From Candidatus Omnitrophota bacterium (GTDB taxonomy: Bacteria > Omnitrophota > Gorgyraeia > Duberdicusellales > 4484-171): a stretch of 56,430 bases of DNA. The translations under genes and the position numbers were made by a program. The notes beneath the pieces were generated by a model. It searched no databases. It had not been told where the DNA came from and saw nothing but the letters and a program-made list of their open reading frames with translations. Below are positions 35,547 to 44,566 of the stretch, one piece after another (within the stretch, counting starts at the first letter, position 1; each line of letters opens with the position of its first letter). The stretch lies in assembly GCA_023134705.1 (NCBI GenBank), contig JAGLUN010000011.1, positions 1 through 56,430 on the forward strand. The letters are read 5' to 3'.

Positions 35547-35891
35547 TTAATGATTTCTTCGCGCAGCATAATTGAAATGATCAAAATATTTCCGCCACAA
35601 TACCTCTGTAGACGAAAACTCATTTTTACCATAGAAATAATCTACAATGGCTTCTCTTACCCGCGCAATTTCTTTGTAACGCGGAAAGGTTTTAACAGAA
35701 GCTAAGGTCATATCAATTAATTCTAATGCTCTACATACAGCTTTTTGGCTATATTCATTGTTCCCCTTTTTTAGCCAATTTAACGACCGGCTGATTTCAC
35801 TTCCAATATTTGCCATTTGCTCAAGAAAAGGCATTTGATTCCACCGCCCCAAAGCAAGGCCTTTATGTTGAAGTCTCATCTTTGCACCCAT
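35547..35891 (-). CDS. Hypothetical helical protein (paired with the DUF5674-like gene)
   Basis: 114-aa ORF with a 16-nt overlap with the upstream gene. I recognise no motif. Confidence 0.5.
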   Translation of the reverse strand: MGAKMRLQHKGLALGRWNQMPFLEQMANIGSEISRSLNWLKKGNNEYSQKAVCRALELIDMTLASVKTFPRYKEIARVREAIVDYFYGKNEFSSTEVLWRKYFDHFNYAARRNH

Positions 35892-36217
35892 TTGTTAACA
35901 ACCTTAATAATCTTTTTGCGTAATTCTTCATCATCAATGCCTCTGCTCATATTTCCTTGTGAAGGACGTATATTAATCATAGAATCAAACTCAAGAAAAT
36001 CTTCCCCCTTTAAATCAGGATAAAAATTAATTCCCCAAAGGCATTTTTGTTGGGAACCATCTTCAAAAAACAATGCCTCTAAGTCAGAATGTAATTCCGC
36101 ATCAAGAGCAACTAATTCTCGCTCTATATCCACTACAGCTTTCACTAAATCACCAAATGTATCTGCTGCCATCTTTTTCAATTCATCAATTGTAACAATT
36201 TTATCTAATATCTTCAT
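35876..36217 (-). CDS. DUF5674-like protein
   Basis: FGDLVKAVVDIERELVALDAELHSDLEALFFEDGSQQKCLWGINFYPD matches my recollection of DUF5674. This needs an HMM check. Confidence 0.5.
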   Translation of the reverse strand: MKILDKIVTIDELKKMAADTFGDLVKAVVDIERELVALDAELHSDLEALFFEDGSQQKCLWGINFYPDLKGEDFLEFDSMINIRPSQGNMSRGIDDEELRKKIIKVVNKWVQR

Positions 36218-36275
36218 AGTATCTGCGAACTTTAACTCCTCAAAAATATGCTGATATTCTTCTTACTTTACCCGC

Positions 36276-36542
36276 CTAACTTTTTGGATGTCCTTGAAAA
36301 TAATTCCTTAAGACTCTTTCAATATAATTTCTTCCCCAGCCAGTCTTTAAAAATTTTTCTCTTACCATGGCATCTTTTCTATCTCTATAAGCTTCATAAC
36401 AAATCAAGATAAATGGCCTACGCCCCTTAGTGGAAAAGGATAGTCCATCATTATGTTCTTTTAGCCTTTTTCGTAAATCAACAGTAAAACCTATATACAA
36501 TTTTTTGTCTTTAAGGCTTTGAAGTATATAGACATAATACAT
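36276..36542 (-). CDS. GIY-YIG nuclease-superfamily protein
   Basis: MYYVYILQSLKDKKLYIGFTVDLRKRLKEHN contains the GIY-YIG motifs. The track start at 36614 reads through a heptamer repeat array, so I chose ATG 36542. Confidence 0.75.
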   Translation of the reverse strand: MYYVYILQSLKDKKLYIGFTVDLRKRLKEHNDGLSFSTKGRRPFILICYEAYRDRKDAMVREKFLKTGWGRNYIERVLRNYFQGHPKS

Positions 36543-36626
36543 ATCCAAAAAGTTGAGCGGGTTGCCTGGGCCCGAAATCCGTACAGCGTATAGCGTGCTG
36601 CGTGCAGTGTGCAACGTGTTACCAAC

Positions 36627-36932
36627 CTAAACAACTGCCTTTATCTCCTTTAAATCCTTCAGGAAATCCTGCATCTCTTTATCTACCTCTCCGGAATTAG
36701 TATCAAACTCCTTTAAAACCTTGCTTTTAATCTCCCCAAGGCTTCTTTTACCATTAATCAATTCCCAGATCCTTGAGGCAACCTTGTTTAAGGTATAGAT
36801 ACAGTTTATCTCCTCGGAAGTTTTATAAATCGGCATAAGAATAGTCTCATTATCAATTGTTCGTGCCACCATATCCTTGTTTTTGCGTAAAACCATAGTT
36901 TCTCTCATGGGGTTATTCCTCCTTCTTACCAA
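36627..36932 (-). CDS. PqqD-family protein (locus II)
   Basis: IYTLNKVASRIWELINGKRSLGEIKSKVLKEFD...EVDKEMQDFLKDLKE. Confidence 0.75.
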   Translation of the reverse strand: MVRRRNNPMRETMVLRKNKDMVARTIDNETILMPIYKTSEEINCIYTLNKVASRIWELINGKRSLGEIKSKVLKEFDTNSGEVDKEMQDFLKDLKEIKAVV

Positions 36933-36979
36933 GCACTGTCAAAACTATTTACCCTTTATGTGCTTAAAAACTCTAAATC

Positions 36980-38515
36980 CTAAGTGTTTAGGATTTTTCC
37001 CCTGTGTGATATATTGTTATATTGCTGTATTGTTAAACAATTTAGCAATCTATCCAGGCCCGCCATCTTCTTCTCAATCTTCTGTAAACCTTTAAGCTTC
37101 CTGCCTTTTTTCAAACTTAATCTCTTGGCTCTTTCAAAATCCTTTTTAAACTCCTTGTATCTTATAGAAACGTATTTAGTTATATCATCTTTTGCCTTTA
37201 GATGGCAGCAAATTTTTAGAAGCCTTTTAATTACATCTATATTACTTAGCCCCAGTCTCATTGCATCCTGATAAAAAACTGCTGCCTTTTCAAAATCTTT
37301 CTCCCTCTCATAAATCTGCCCTAAAAGATAACGGTTCTTGGGCTGCATTGGCTCAAAGGGTTGATAACTAAGAAATAACTTCTTAGCTTTCTTAAACTTC
37401 TTCAATCCTAACTCTGCCTGTGCCAATCCCAATAAAGATTGTTTCAATTCTGTCTTTAGTTTTAAGGCATAGGAAAAATGCCTTTTTGCCTTATAAAAAT
37501 TCCTTTTTTCTAAAGCGATATTACCCAGACCAATAAAAGGATAAGGATTTTCAGGGTCAACCCGGGTAACCTTCAAGAATTCCCTTTTGGCTTTGGAAAA
37601 TCTGCGAATATTTAAATAAAGAGGCCCATAATTATTATCCGCTGCCCGATAGGAGGGATCAAGCCTTATTGCTTTTTGGTAATATTCCTTTTTGCCGGTT
37701 GATGCAAAGCGCTCAAAAAAGACAGAGGCAATAAACTTTTGCCCATAGCGTTCTTTAAAATGTTTTGGCGACAAGCGGTAAGCTAATTCATCCCCCAAGA
37801 TTTTATAGCGCATTGGCGTCCAGCCGCCATTTACAGAATAGGCAATGGTGGTCCAAACCGGCTTGAGCTCCTTCTTGCTAAGCAAATCCTTTACCAATCT
37901 ATCAGGCCTAATCCAACGTTTCCTTTTACCTATTTTAGCCGTATTACTTGCGTTTAAAAGGCTGTCCACAATTAGGAAGTCAGTATCAATATCTAACAAG
38001 ACCTTTTGTTTTAGAATCGGCAGTTTTTCTAATGTGCATATAACAAATTTTCTTCCCAAGAGTTTAGTTGAGACTATCCCATCTTGAAACGTATGACGTG
38101 TAACGTGTAACGTGTGACCTAATTGGCAAGGGTCATGTCTTGAGAAACTCTTGAGCATACCTTTTATAATTTTGAGCGACTTCTTAAATTCCTTTAATCT
38201 TCCTGGAATAACCCAGTAAAGATCCTTGACGATACCCTCGCGCATTGCCGGATAGATATAATTTCCGATATTAGTCTGCTTATCAAAATCTTTCTGATAT
38301 CTCTGATACAAAAGAGACTTTTCCAATTCCCGCTTCAGTTGATTTAACGTCCTTGCTTCATTCATTATCTGCTCTTTCGGCTTTGCCGGATGAAAGCCAA
38401 AATCAATATGAGCATCGATATGGACGAGATCCACGCCTTTAAAACCTTTCTCCCTCCAGATTTTTAGCGCCTCATGATGATCTTCAATAAGGGATATTTT
38501 GTTTGTCATCTTCAC
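36980..38515 (-). CDS. UPF0489-like N-terminal domain fused to TPR repeats
   Basis: IEDHHEALKIWREKG...LVHIDAHIDF at the N-terminus. The C-terminal half has several TPR-like units (YYQKAIRLDPSY..., GLGNIALEKRNFYKAKRHF...). It contains an in-frame heptamer repeat at 38089-38119. Confidence 0.6.
   Translation of the reverse strand: MKMTNKISLIEDHHEALKIWREKGFKGVDLVHIDAHIDFGFHPAKPKEQIMNEARTLNQLKRELEKSLLYQRYQKDFDKQTNIGNYIYPAMREGIVKDLYWVIPGRLKEFKKSLKIIKGMLKSFSRHDPCQLGHTLHVTRHTFQDGIVSTKLLGRKFVICTLEKLPILKQKVLLDIDTDFLIVDSLLNASNTAKIGKRKRWIRPDRLVKDLLSKKELKPVWTTIAYSVNGGWTPMRYKILGDELAYRLSPKHFKERYGQKFIASVFFERFASTGKKEYYQKAIRLDPSYRAADNNYGPLYLNIRRFSKAKREFLKVTRVDPENPYPFIGLGNIALEKRNFYKAKRHFSYALKLKTELKQSLLGLAQAELGLKKFKKAKKLFLSYQPFEPMQPKNRYLLGQIYEREKDFEKAAVFYQDAMRLGLSNIDVIKRLLKICCHLKAKDDITKYVSIRYKEFKKDFERAKRLSLKKGRKLKGLQKIEKKMAGLDRLLNCLTIQQYNNISHRGKILNT
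38089..38119. repeat. Intragenic heptamer repeat (ACGTGTA x3-4)
   Basis: acgtatg acgtgta acgtgta acgtgtg acc, translated in frame as GHTLHVTRHTF. Confidence 0.8.
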
Positions 38516-38660
38516 CTAATAACTCCGATAAGATGTGTGTTAATCTGACTAAAAAGAGAACCTTTCAGCAATATTCCATAAGGGGAAAATGGAAGAGGAA
38601 AAAGAGTATGTAATGAAATAATCTCAAACCCGGCTTTTAAACAGCTAATTTTGAATTCTT

Positions 38661-39098
38661 TTATTTTCCTTTATTTTCCAACTTATCTATAAACCCATCG
38701 GCTTGTTTTATATACCCGTTATAATCTTGAGCCGCCAAAAAAATGGCGTTGTAGACTTTTTCATCATCTATATCCATATATTCATGGACTAAGATATTTC
38801 TCATCCCTGCCGAACCTTTAAGTTTTTCCGCCAATTCCCTTGATATCAAACCTACATCCACGGCTCTTATAAATGAGACACTATAATCCTCTGGCGGCCT
38901 ATTTCCTGTCTCCATCACAACATGATTATTTATGTCTATAGCTCATTCTCCGATTAATTGAATAAGCCGCTCTGTAGCTGACTTTAAATAAAAGTCGGTT
39001 TTATATTCTTCCAGACTCTTTTGGGAAATAGGTTTTAACTTCTCTAAATACATATTCAAACGTGATAACTTTCTTCTAATCAATTCAATATCAATCAT
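38661..39098 (-). pseudogene. hepT: HepT-like (DUF86) toxin interrupted by an in-frame TGA
   Basis: ATG 39098 opens MIDIELIRRKLSRLNMYLEKLKPISQKSLEEYKTDFYLKSATERLIQLIGE. TGA follows at 38943-38945, then AIDINNHVVMETG...GMRNILVHEYMDID (the Rx4HxY motif) in the same frame. I checked this codon by codon. Confidence 0.7.
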
Positions 39099-39101
39099 AT
39101 T

Positions 39102-39539
39102 TCATCTCATCCTTTTTATTGCTGATTTAATATACTGTTTCTCCAATATCCTGAATTTTCCTGTATCTTGATATCTTGCCAATGCACCTAACCTAAAGGA
39201 ATTAAACAGGCCTCGGTTCTTTTCATACAAAGGTATACCATTTATGGCTACATGATAGGTAATCATTGCTTCAGCGCCATTTAAAAATACAGGGTCAAAT
39301 TTATCGCCAAAAATTGAAACAAAATCTCTCAATATGTCAAAATATTTTTCTTTAATTATATTAGAGTCCCCCAACAACCCTATATCTATATCACTTTTAG
39401 CTGTAGCGGCATTTTTAGCATACGAACCATGTAAAACTACTAGAAATAAATTATACTTCCGGCATATTCTATAAAGATCTTCTTTAACCCGCAGTAAAAT
39501 TTTGCTATTACAGGATTTATTGTAATCAAAAACATCCAT
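39102..39539 (-). CDS. mntA: MntA-type nucleotidyltransferase antitoxin
   Basis: VVLHGSYAKNAATAKSDIDIGLL is the GSx10DxD minimal nucleotidyltransferase motif. Its stop lies 3 nt before the HepT-like ATG. Confidence 0.75.
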   Translation of the reverse strand: MDVFDYNKSCNSKILLRVKEDLYRICRKYNLFLVVLHGSYAKNAATAKSDIDIGLLGDSNIIKEKYFDILRDFVSIFGDKFDPVFLNGAEAMITYHVAINGIPLYEKNRGLFNSFRLGALARYQDTGKFRILEKQYIKSAIKRMR

Positions 39540-39665
39540 ACGTTCCTCTCTTTCATACCCTTTATTAAACTGCTACATTGTTAAACTGCTTATATTTTGT
39601 AGCGGCGTATTTAATTATATCATCTTTTGTCGTAAGGTGCCAAAAGGTTTTTAGAAGCCTTCGTT

Positions 39666-40175
39666 TCATGTTTTATGTAACGCCCTCTTAATAATTCTAC
39701 TCCCTATCCCGAACAAAGGACCAACTACTACAATAAGCTGATTAACAAAATTGCTCCGTCTCCCTGCAAGGCTTATAATATGGCCGTTTCTCAAAACACC
39801 TGTAACTTTACCCACAAGCAATTCCTCTGCCACTGGCTCACCTGAACTCAAATTATTATCCCCGCGGGCATAAAGCAAACACCCTCCTTTATTCTTGATT
39901 ATCTTTACCAGTCGGTGACAGACTATCTGATTCTCTGCCCGGTAGAGAATAATATCGCCAACCCTTAAGCTTCCTGCGGCAACCTTTTTAACCACTACCC
40001 TCTCTCCTGTCTTGAGAAATGGCCACATACTAAAACCAACAGCTTTAATAAGGATTAAATCCCCATATTCCTGCTTTAAGTGAATATCGTTATCTCTCTG
40101 CATCGCCTTCAATTTTAAATATATGAATTGCCGCAAGGCCGTTGGGATAATAAATGGTTTTAATCGCTGTTGCAT
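39666..40175 (-). CDS. S24/S26-family serine peptidase-like protein, paralog 2
   Basis: VGFSMWPFL, VGDIILY, CHRLV and RGDNN boxes, as in 14138-14629. Confidence 0.6.
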   Translation of the reverse strand: MQQRLKPFIIPTALRQFIYLKLKAMQRDNDIHLKQEYGDLILIKAVGFSMWPFLKTGERVVVKKVAAGSLRVGDIILYRAENQIVCHRLVKIIKNKGGCLLYARGDNNLSSGEPVAEELLVGKVTGVLRNGHIISLAGRRSNFVNQLIVVVGPLFGIGSRIIKRALHKT

Positions 40176-40602
40176 CAGGGTATTTGGCTTTGAAATACTT
40201 CCATAGCCAACTAAATTCGCCTCCCCAATAATCTTCAGGCCATGATTCTGGCGCCCAGATTAGATAATAGGCTGGGTTTATTTTGCTCTTTGTTTGTGTT
40301 TTCCTATACATTCTATTATCCTGGCTTTGGGCAAAAAGATCTAGATAAACATTTACTGGCATCATTCTTGATTGAAGAACTATTTGACAATTTTTTATAT
40401 CGGGAATTTGTGATAAAGACTCTGCTGCTTCCTTACAGCCATAACTGTTTCTGCGCAATTCTTCTAAATGCGTAGGCGCAACATGGTAATAATGCGCCAC
40501 AATTGAAAAATCTCTGTAAAAACTAATCCTATACAAAGTAAAATTCCTGTGAAGAATAATAATCTTCGTTAAAGAGCTCCTAAACAGCCTAAGCCAAGCC
40601 AA
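40090..40602 (-). CDS. Hypothetical protein (possibly an orphan GT-C-type C-terminal domain)
   Basis: 170-aa ORF with a TTG start. YYLIWAPESWPED...AAIHIFKIE loosely recalls the RLW.I.S.WARDG...W.FRY tails of the GT-C paralogs. The similarity is weak. Confidence 0.35.
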   Translation of the reverse strand: MAWLRLFRSSLTKIIILHRNFTLYRISFYRDFSIVAHYYHVAPTHLEELRRNSYGCKEAAESLSQIPDIKNCQIVLQSRMMPVNVYLDLFAQSQDNRMYRKTQTKSKINPAYYLIWAPESWPEDYWGGEFSWLWKYFKAKYPDATAIKTIYYPNGLAAIHIFKIEGDAER

Positions 40603-40712
40603 ATCAAAAGAATCTTATCGGAAGTCTTTCTACGCAAAAAAGAGATAGATTATATGCCCTAACAAAGAATGCTAAACTAAAAATAAAAACCGGGAATAAA
40701 ATATTGAATAAT

Positions 40713-42005
40713 TTAATAACGGGCTTTTTTTGCATTGGTTACTCCGCAAGTTATTGCCTTATAGGGAATATAAAACAGGCGGTTCTTATATAAGAAATCG
40801 GTTTTTTTATCATAAGACGAAAGCCCGTAATACTTGGCAAACTGCTCTTTGGGTATATTGAAGATATATTCTGTCGGCTCCCAAAAGCTGTCATATAAAA
40901 GAAAATGGCTCTTTAGATATAATTCTTTCCCGTCCGCCTTTTTTGCCGGCAAAAAAGTATTCCTTTGTATAAACCGCCGAATTAATCTTTGTTTATAGCG
41001 CGGGATACCTAAGCCATGCCATACCTCTGTGGGCATTTTCTGTTCTAATAAAATTTCTGCCTGGGTTAAGATAAAAAATAATGCCGCGCGCATCTTGCCT
41101 TTTTTTGCTTGTTTCAAAACATAATCCCAGTCAAAACCAACAGTATATTTATTTAATAATACTACCGTATCGTAAGCATTTTTCAGGCAGAGTGTGCGGC
41201 CAAACCGGCGATTATGCAAGGCTAAACTAAAAAGAGTATCTTCCGGAGAAAGCAGATTTATTTTTCTTCCATCCGCATTAATTTCTCTTATTCTTTCCCA
41301 AAGCCCCGGCAGTATATTGCGGTTTTTCCTTTTAAAGTCAAGGTTCCAATGCAGTTCGATAAAAGGTGCTTTTTCATCTTTCTTTTTCTTATAGAAGGTA
41401 AAGTGAATTTGTTTTTCTCTCCAGTATTCTTGTTTTAAACCATAGAGTTCTTTTCTATATCCTAAATCGCCGAATATTGTTTCCGCTTTTTGAAGGTCTT
41501 CTTCCTTAACCAAAAGGTCGATGTCTGTCATTGGCCTGAGATAATTATTTGCGTATAAATCTTCAAGAAGAGCTACCCCCTTTATAGGTAAAAGGATAAC
41601 CCCCGCTTGCTCAAAAAGATCATATATTCGTAAGAATTCCTGCCAAAGTTTCTGGCAGCGGACTAAAGCGCAATAATAATTATTTTTTAAAAAAGTTTCT
41701 AAATCATGAGGCAAAAATGAATTGAAATCCTTCAAAGCAGAATAGCTAAAAGGGGTTAAATCATGATAAATAATAAAACTTTTAAACTTTCCCCAATCAA
41801 TAGAATAGGAAGTTAGTAAATCATTGATCTCCTGTTTTTTATTGCCAACTATATGACCAACAATAAATTTAATTAGATTTATTTCAGGAATTATCTCTGA
41901 CATATCGAAATATCCATAACCCGTCGAATTCTTTAATAAACTCCAGCCTGAAATTCGTATCCAGCCAAGTTTTAACGGACTGGGAATTATCATCCAATCT
42001 TCCAT
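40713..42005 (-). CDS. NTP_transf_5-like nucleotidyltransferase-family protein, paralog 2
   Basis: LPIKGVALLEDLYANNYLRPMTDIDLLVKEEDLQKAETIFGDLGY and ELHWNLD. The real start is probably MSEIIPE (41903). Confidence 0.7.
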   Translation of the reverse strand: MEDWMIIPSPLKLGWIRISGWSLLKNSTGYGYFDMSEIIPEINLIKFIVGHIVGNKKQEINDLLTSYSIDWGKFKSFIIYHDLTPFSYSALKDFNSFLPHDLETFLKNNYYCALVRCQKLWQEFLRIYDLFEQAGVILLPIKGVALLEDLYANNYLRPMTDIDLLVKEEDLQKAETIFGDLGYRKELYGLKQEYWREKQIHFTFYKKKKDEKAPFIELHWNLDFKRKNRNILPGLWERIREINADGRKINLLSPEDTLFSLALHNRRFGRTLCLKNAYDTVVLLNKYTVGFDWDYVLKQAKKGKMRAALFFILTQAEILLEQKMPTEVWHGLGIPRYKQRLIRRFIQRNTFLPAKKADGKELYLKSHFLLYDSFWEPTEYIFNIPKEQFAKYYGLSSYDKKTDFLYKNRLFYIPYKAITCGVTNAKKARY

Positions 42006-43377
42006 CCCTGGCCCAGTCCGAAGAAATAACCCATAATCTTTTGAATTTCAGATTATTTATCCTGTTAAAAGTCAGATAATTTCCGCTTTCCCGGATAGGC
42101 CTTTGCCAGCTCCCGTCCGGGAAACCGGGATCAAAAAAATAATAAAAAAACCGAAACTCTCCCTTAGTGTAAAATTGTAAAGAAGGTATAATAGACTCGT
42201 TAGTGAAAGCTAATATATCCTCCTGTCCAATATTATCTTTTAAAAATTCAGCGATTGGCCTAATTGGTTTCTTTATATAAGCGCCGCGATGATGTATTAA
42301 AGGCGGATATATCTTATTATTAAAATATCGATAATCGGAAATAAACAATAGCGGGATTAAAACGCATAAACCAAGATTTCTTACCGGCTTTTTACAAAAC
42401 CCTATCCCCAAAGATAAAATAAGATAAAAATAAGGGCTAAAAATAATAAGGCCCCGATCTAAATAAACAGAAAAAAATACTTTAGAAAAGACAAAAGCCG
42501 TCGATATAGGCACAAAAAACAAAAACAGGCAAAATGCGAAATTTTGCCTCAATTCCTTTTTTTTATACACCCCCGCCAAAACAGAAATAAAAAACAAACC
42601 CGTTAGCATATTTGATAGAAAATACAGTAAAGGGAAACCATTATAGCCTAAGATGAAATTTTCCAGCGTAATTGCCAAAGAGTTCCACTGAGGCTCAGAT
42701 ATCCAGAATCCTTCCCAGACATAATAAAATTTACTCAAAAACCGGGGTAAATAAAAACTGAAACTTAAAGCGATGATTAAAAAAACAATTACTTCTTTGA
42801 ATTTCAACCTCAGCTTTTTGAGAAAGACAAGATATAAAAATTGAGTAAAAAATAAAAAGATATAAAAATAATTGGTGTAAATACCCAAAAAAGAAACTAA
42901 GATAAAGAGTAACCATTGCCTGTTTTCGCCTTTTCTTAAAGCCTTGTAAAATAATAAACTCGAAAGCAAGCCAAAAAATAAAAGCATACTATAGTCCCGC
43001 GCTTCCTGGGCATACCAGAGATGAAACGGACTAACCCCCATAATTAAAGCCGCGCATATACCAACTCTTTTATTGAATAAATTTCTTCCCAAAAAGAAAA
43101 TCAAAATTACGGATAGAAAGCTAAAAATTAATGAAGGAAAGCGCAGGCTAAATTCTGAAATGCCGAACAGTTTTATCCAGAAATGAAGGAATATCCAGTA
43201 AAACGGCGCGTTCCAATTAGACCAAGGATATTTAGCATAACTAATCGTAAAAATTTCATCATACCAAAAGTCATGGGAACCTAATTTATACAATCTCAGA
43301 AGAAATAAAATGGTAAAGAAAAGAATAAATAAACCTCTTCTTATTGAACAAAAATTCCTTATTTGAAATCTTTTCAT
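41884..43377 (-). CDS. GT-C fold glycosyltransferase (ArnT/PMT-like), paralog 2
   Basis: The first ~130 aa are nearly identical to 21244-22722 and the rest is a diverged paralog. Confidence 0.75.
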   Translation of the reverse strand: MKRFQIRNFCSIRRGLFILFFTILFLLRLYKLGSHDFWYDEIFTISYAKYPWSNWNAPFYWIFLHFWIKLFGISEFSLRFPSLIFSFLSVILIFFLGRNLFNKRVGICAALIMGVSPFHLWYAQEARDYSMLLFFGLLSSLLFYKALRKGENRQWLLFILVSFLGIYTNYFYIFLFFTQFLYLVFLKKLRLKFKEVIVFLIIALSFSFYLPRFLSKFYYVWEGFWISEPQWNSLAITLENFILGYNGFPLLYFLSNMLTGLFFISVLAGVYKKKELRQNFAFCLFLFFVPISTAFVFSKVFFSVYLDRGLIIFSPYFYLILSLGIGFCKKPVRNLGLCVLIPLLFISDYRYFNNKIYPPLIHHRGAYIKKPIRPIAEFLKDNIGQEDILAFTNESIIPSLQFYTKGEFRFFYYFFDPGFPDGSWQRPIRESGNYLTFNRINNLKFKRLWVISSDWARDGRLDDNSQSVKTWLDTNFRLEFIKEFDGLWIFRYVRDNS

Positions 43378-44060
43378 TGAATTATTGAAGTGGATATAAA
43401 GACTCTTAAGAATTTGAAACTATCTTTAAAAATTGAAAAGTGAGATCTGCCAAATCTTCTCTCTTCCCACACGGTAGGAATTTCTGCGATCTTATATCCA
43501 TAAAAATACGCTTTCAAAACTACCTCCATAGAAATTTCAAAACCCTTGCTTTTTGTCTTTATATTTTCGAAAATAGTTTTTCTATAAGCTTTAAAAGGAT
43601 TGGTTGAATCTAAAGTAGGTATTTTTGTTATTGCATGAATTAAGTAGTTAAAATATCTCGAAAGGATAGCTTTTAAAAAAAAACTGTTCTTTCTTTTTCC
43701 CCTTCTCATATATCGTGAAGCGCAAATAATATCATAACCTTCGGATATCCCCTTACACATCCTGGGTATAATATCAATTTCATCAGATCCATCGCTCATC
43801 ACAGGAACGATAATATCACCTTTTGCCATATTTATACCGATCTCCAAGGATTCAGCAAACCCCTTTCTGTATTTGTTGACGATGATTTTAAATTCAGGGA
43901 AAGGTAGCGATAGTTTCTCCATGATTTCAAAACTACCGTCAGAGGAGTTATCGTCAATTACGATTACTTCATAATCCTCCTTGAACTTCCTCTGCAAATT
44001 AAACAAGATTTGCTCTATACTTTCTTTCTCATTATGCACAGGGATTATAATGCTTATCAT
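43374..44060 (-). CDS. GT2 polyprenyl-phosphate sugar synthase-like glycosyltransferase, paralog 2
   Basis: 228 aa, differing from 22719-23405 at only a handful of residues. Confidence 0.8.
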   Translation of the reverse strand: MISIIIPVHNEKESIEQILFNLQRKFKEDYEVIVIDDNSSDGSFEIMEKLSLPFPEFKIIVNKYRKGFAESLEIGINMAKGDIIVPVMSDGSDEIDIIPRMCKGISEGYDIICASRYMRRGKRKNSFFLKAILSRYFNYLIHAITKIPTLDSTNPFKAYRKTIFENIKTKSKGFEISMEVVLKAYFYGYKIAEIPTVWEERRFGRSHFSIFKDSFKFLRVFISTSIIQ

Positions 44061-44135
44061 TGGTTATATTTACTTTATGCTTTCTCTCCATAAGGACACC
44101 CTTGGTAAGACCACAGCCACAGGGAATAATCAAGT

Positions 44136-44427
44136 TTAAAACTAAACCTGTCTTTTTAAGATTTAAAAAGTTGGATTTCTTATCAATTAGGACTATACCT
44201 TTATCCTGGATAATTATATTACAGATTATTTTTAAAAGAGTGGTTTTCCCTGCCCCATTTTTTCCAAAAATTCCTAAAATTTCGCCCTTTCTCACGGAAA
44301 TATTTATATCTTTTAAGACAGTTTGCTTAAATTCATCCTTTATTTTGCCGGGAAGGCAATAACTTAGCTTTTTATAAAAAGGAATGGGTTTTAAAAAATA
44401 TTTAGTGAGATTATTTATTACTAACAT
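44136..44427 (-). pseudogene. Truncated ABC ATPase (N-terminal ~97 codons only)
   Basis: Near-identical to 25236-25527 (MLVINNLTKYF...GKNGAGKTTLLK...KKTGLVLN). The rest of the 607-aa gene is deleted. The track ORF 44032-44427 reads on through junk into the GT2 start. Confidence 0.8.
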
Positions 44428-44566
44428 AGTTTACAAAATAAGGTTCACATAGAATTTTGTTTAGCTTCTAAAAGAAGCGCTATGGTTGCCTACGGGAAAA
44501 ACACGCATTCAACAACTAGGCTTCCGTGAAAACTAAATATGCAATCAGCAGATGGGGATAATGCAT

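Noticed and set aside
38943-38945. In-frame TGA in HepT as evidence for an alternative genetic code or selenocysteine
   Set aside because: TGA clearly terminates other genes here, such as the ATGA overlap at 3167-3170 and the MntA stop at 39102-39104. I saw no SECIS-like hairpin.
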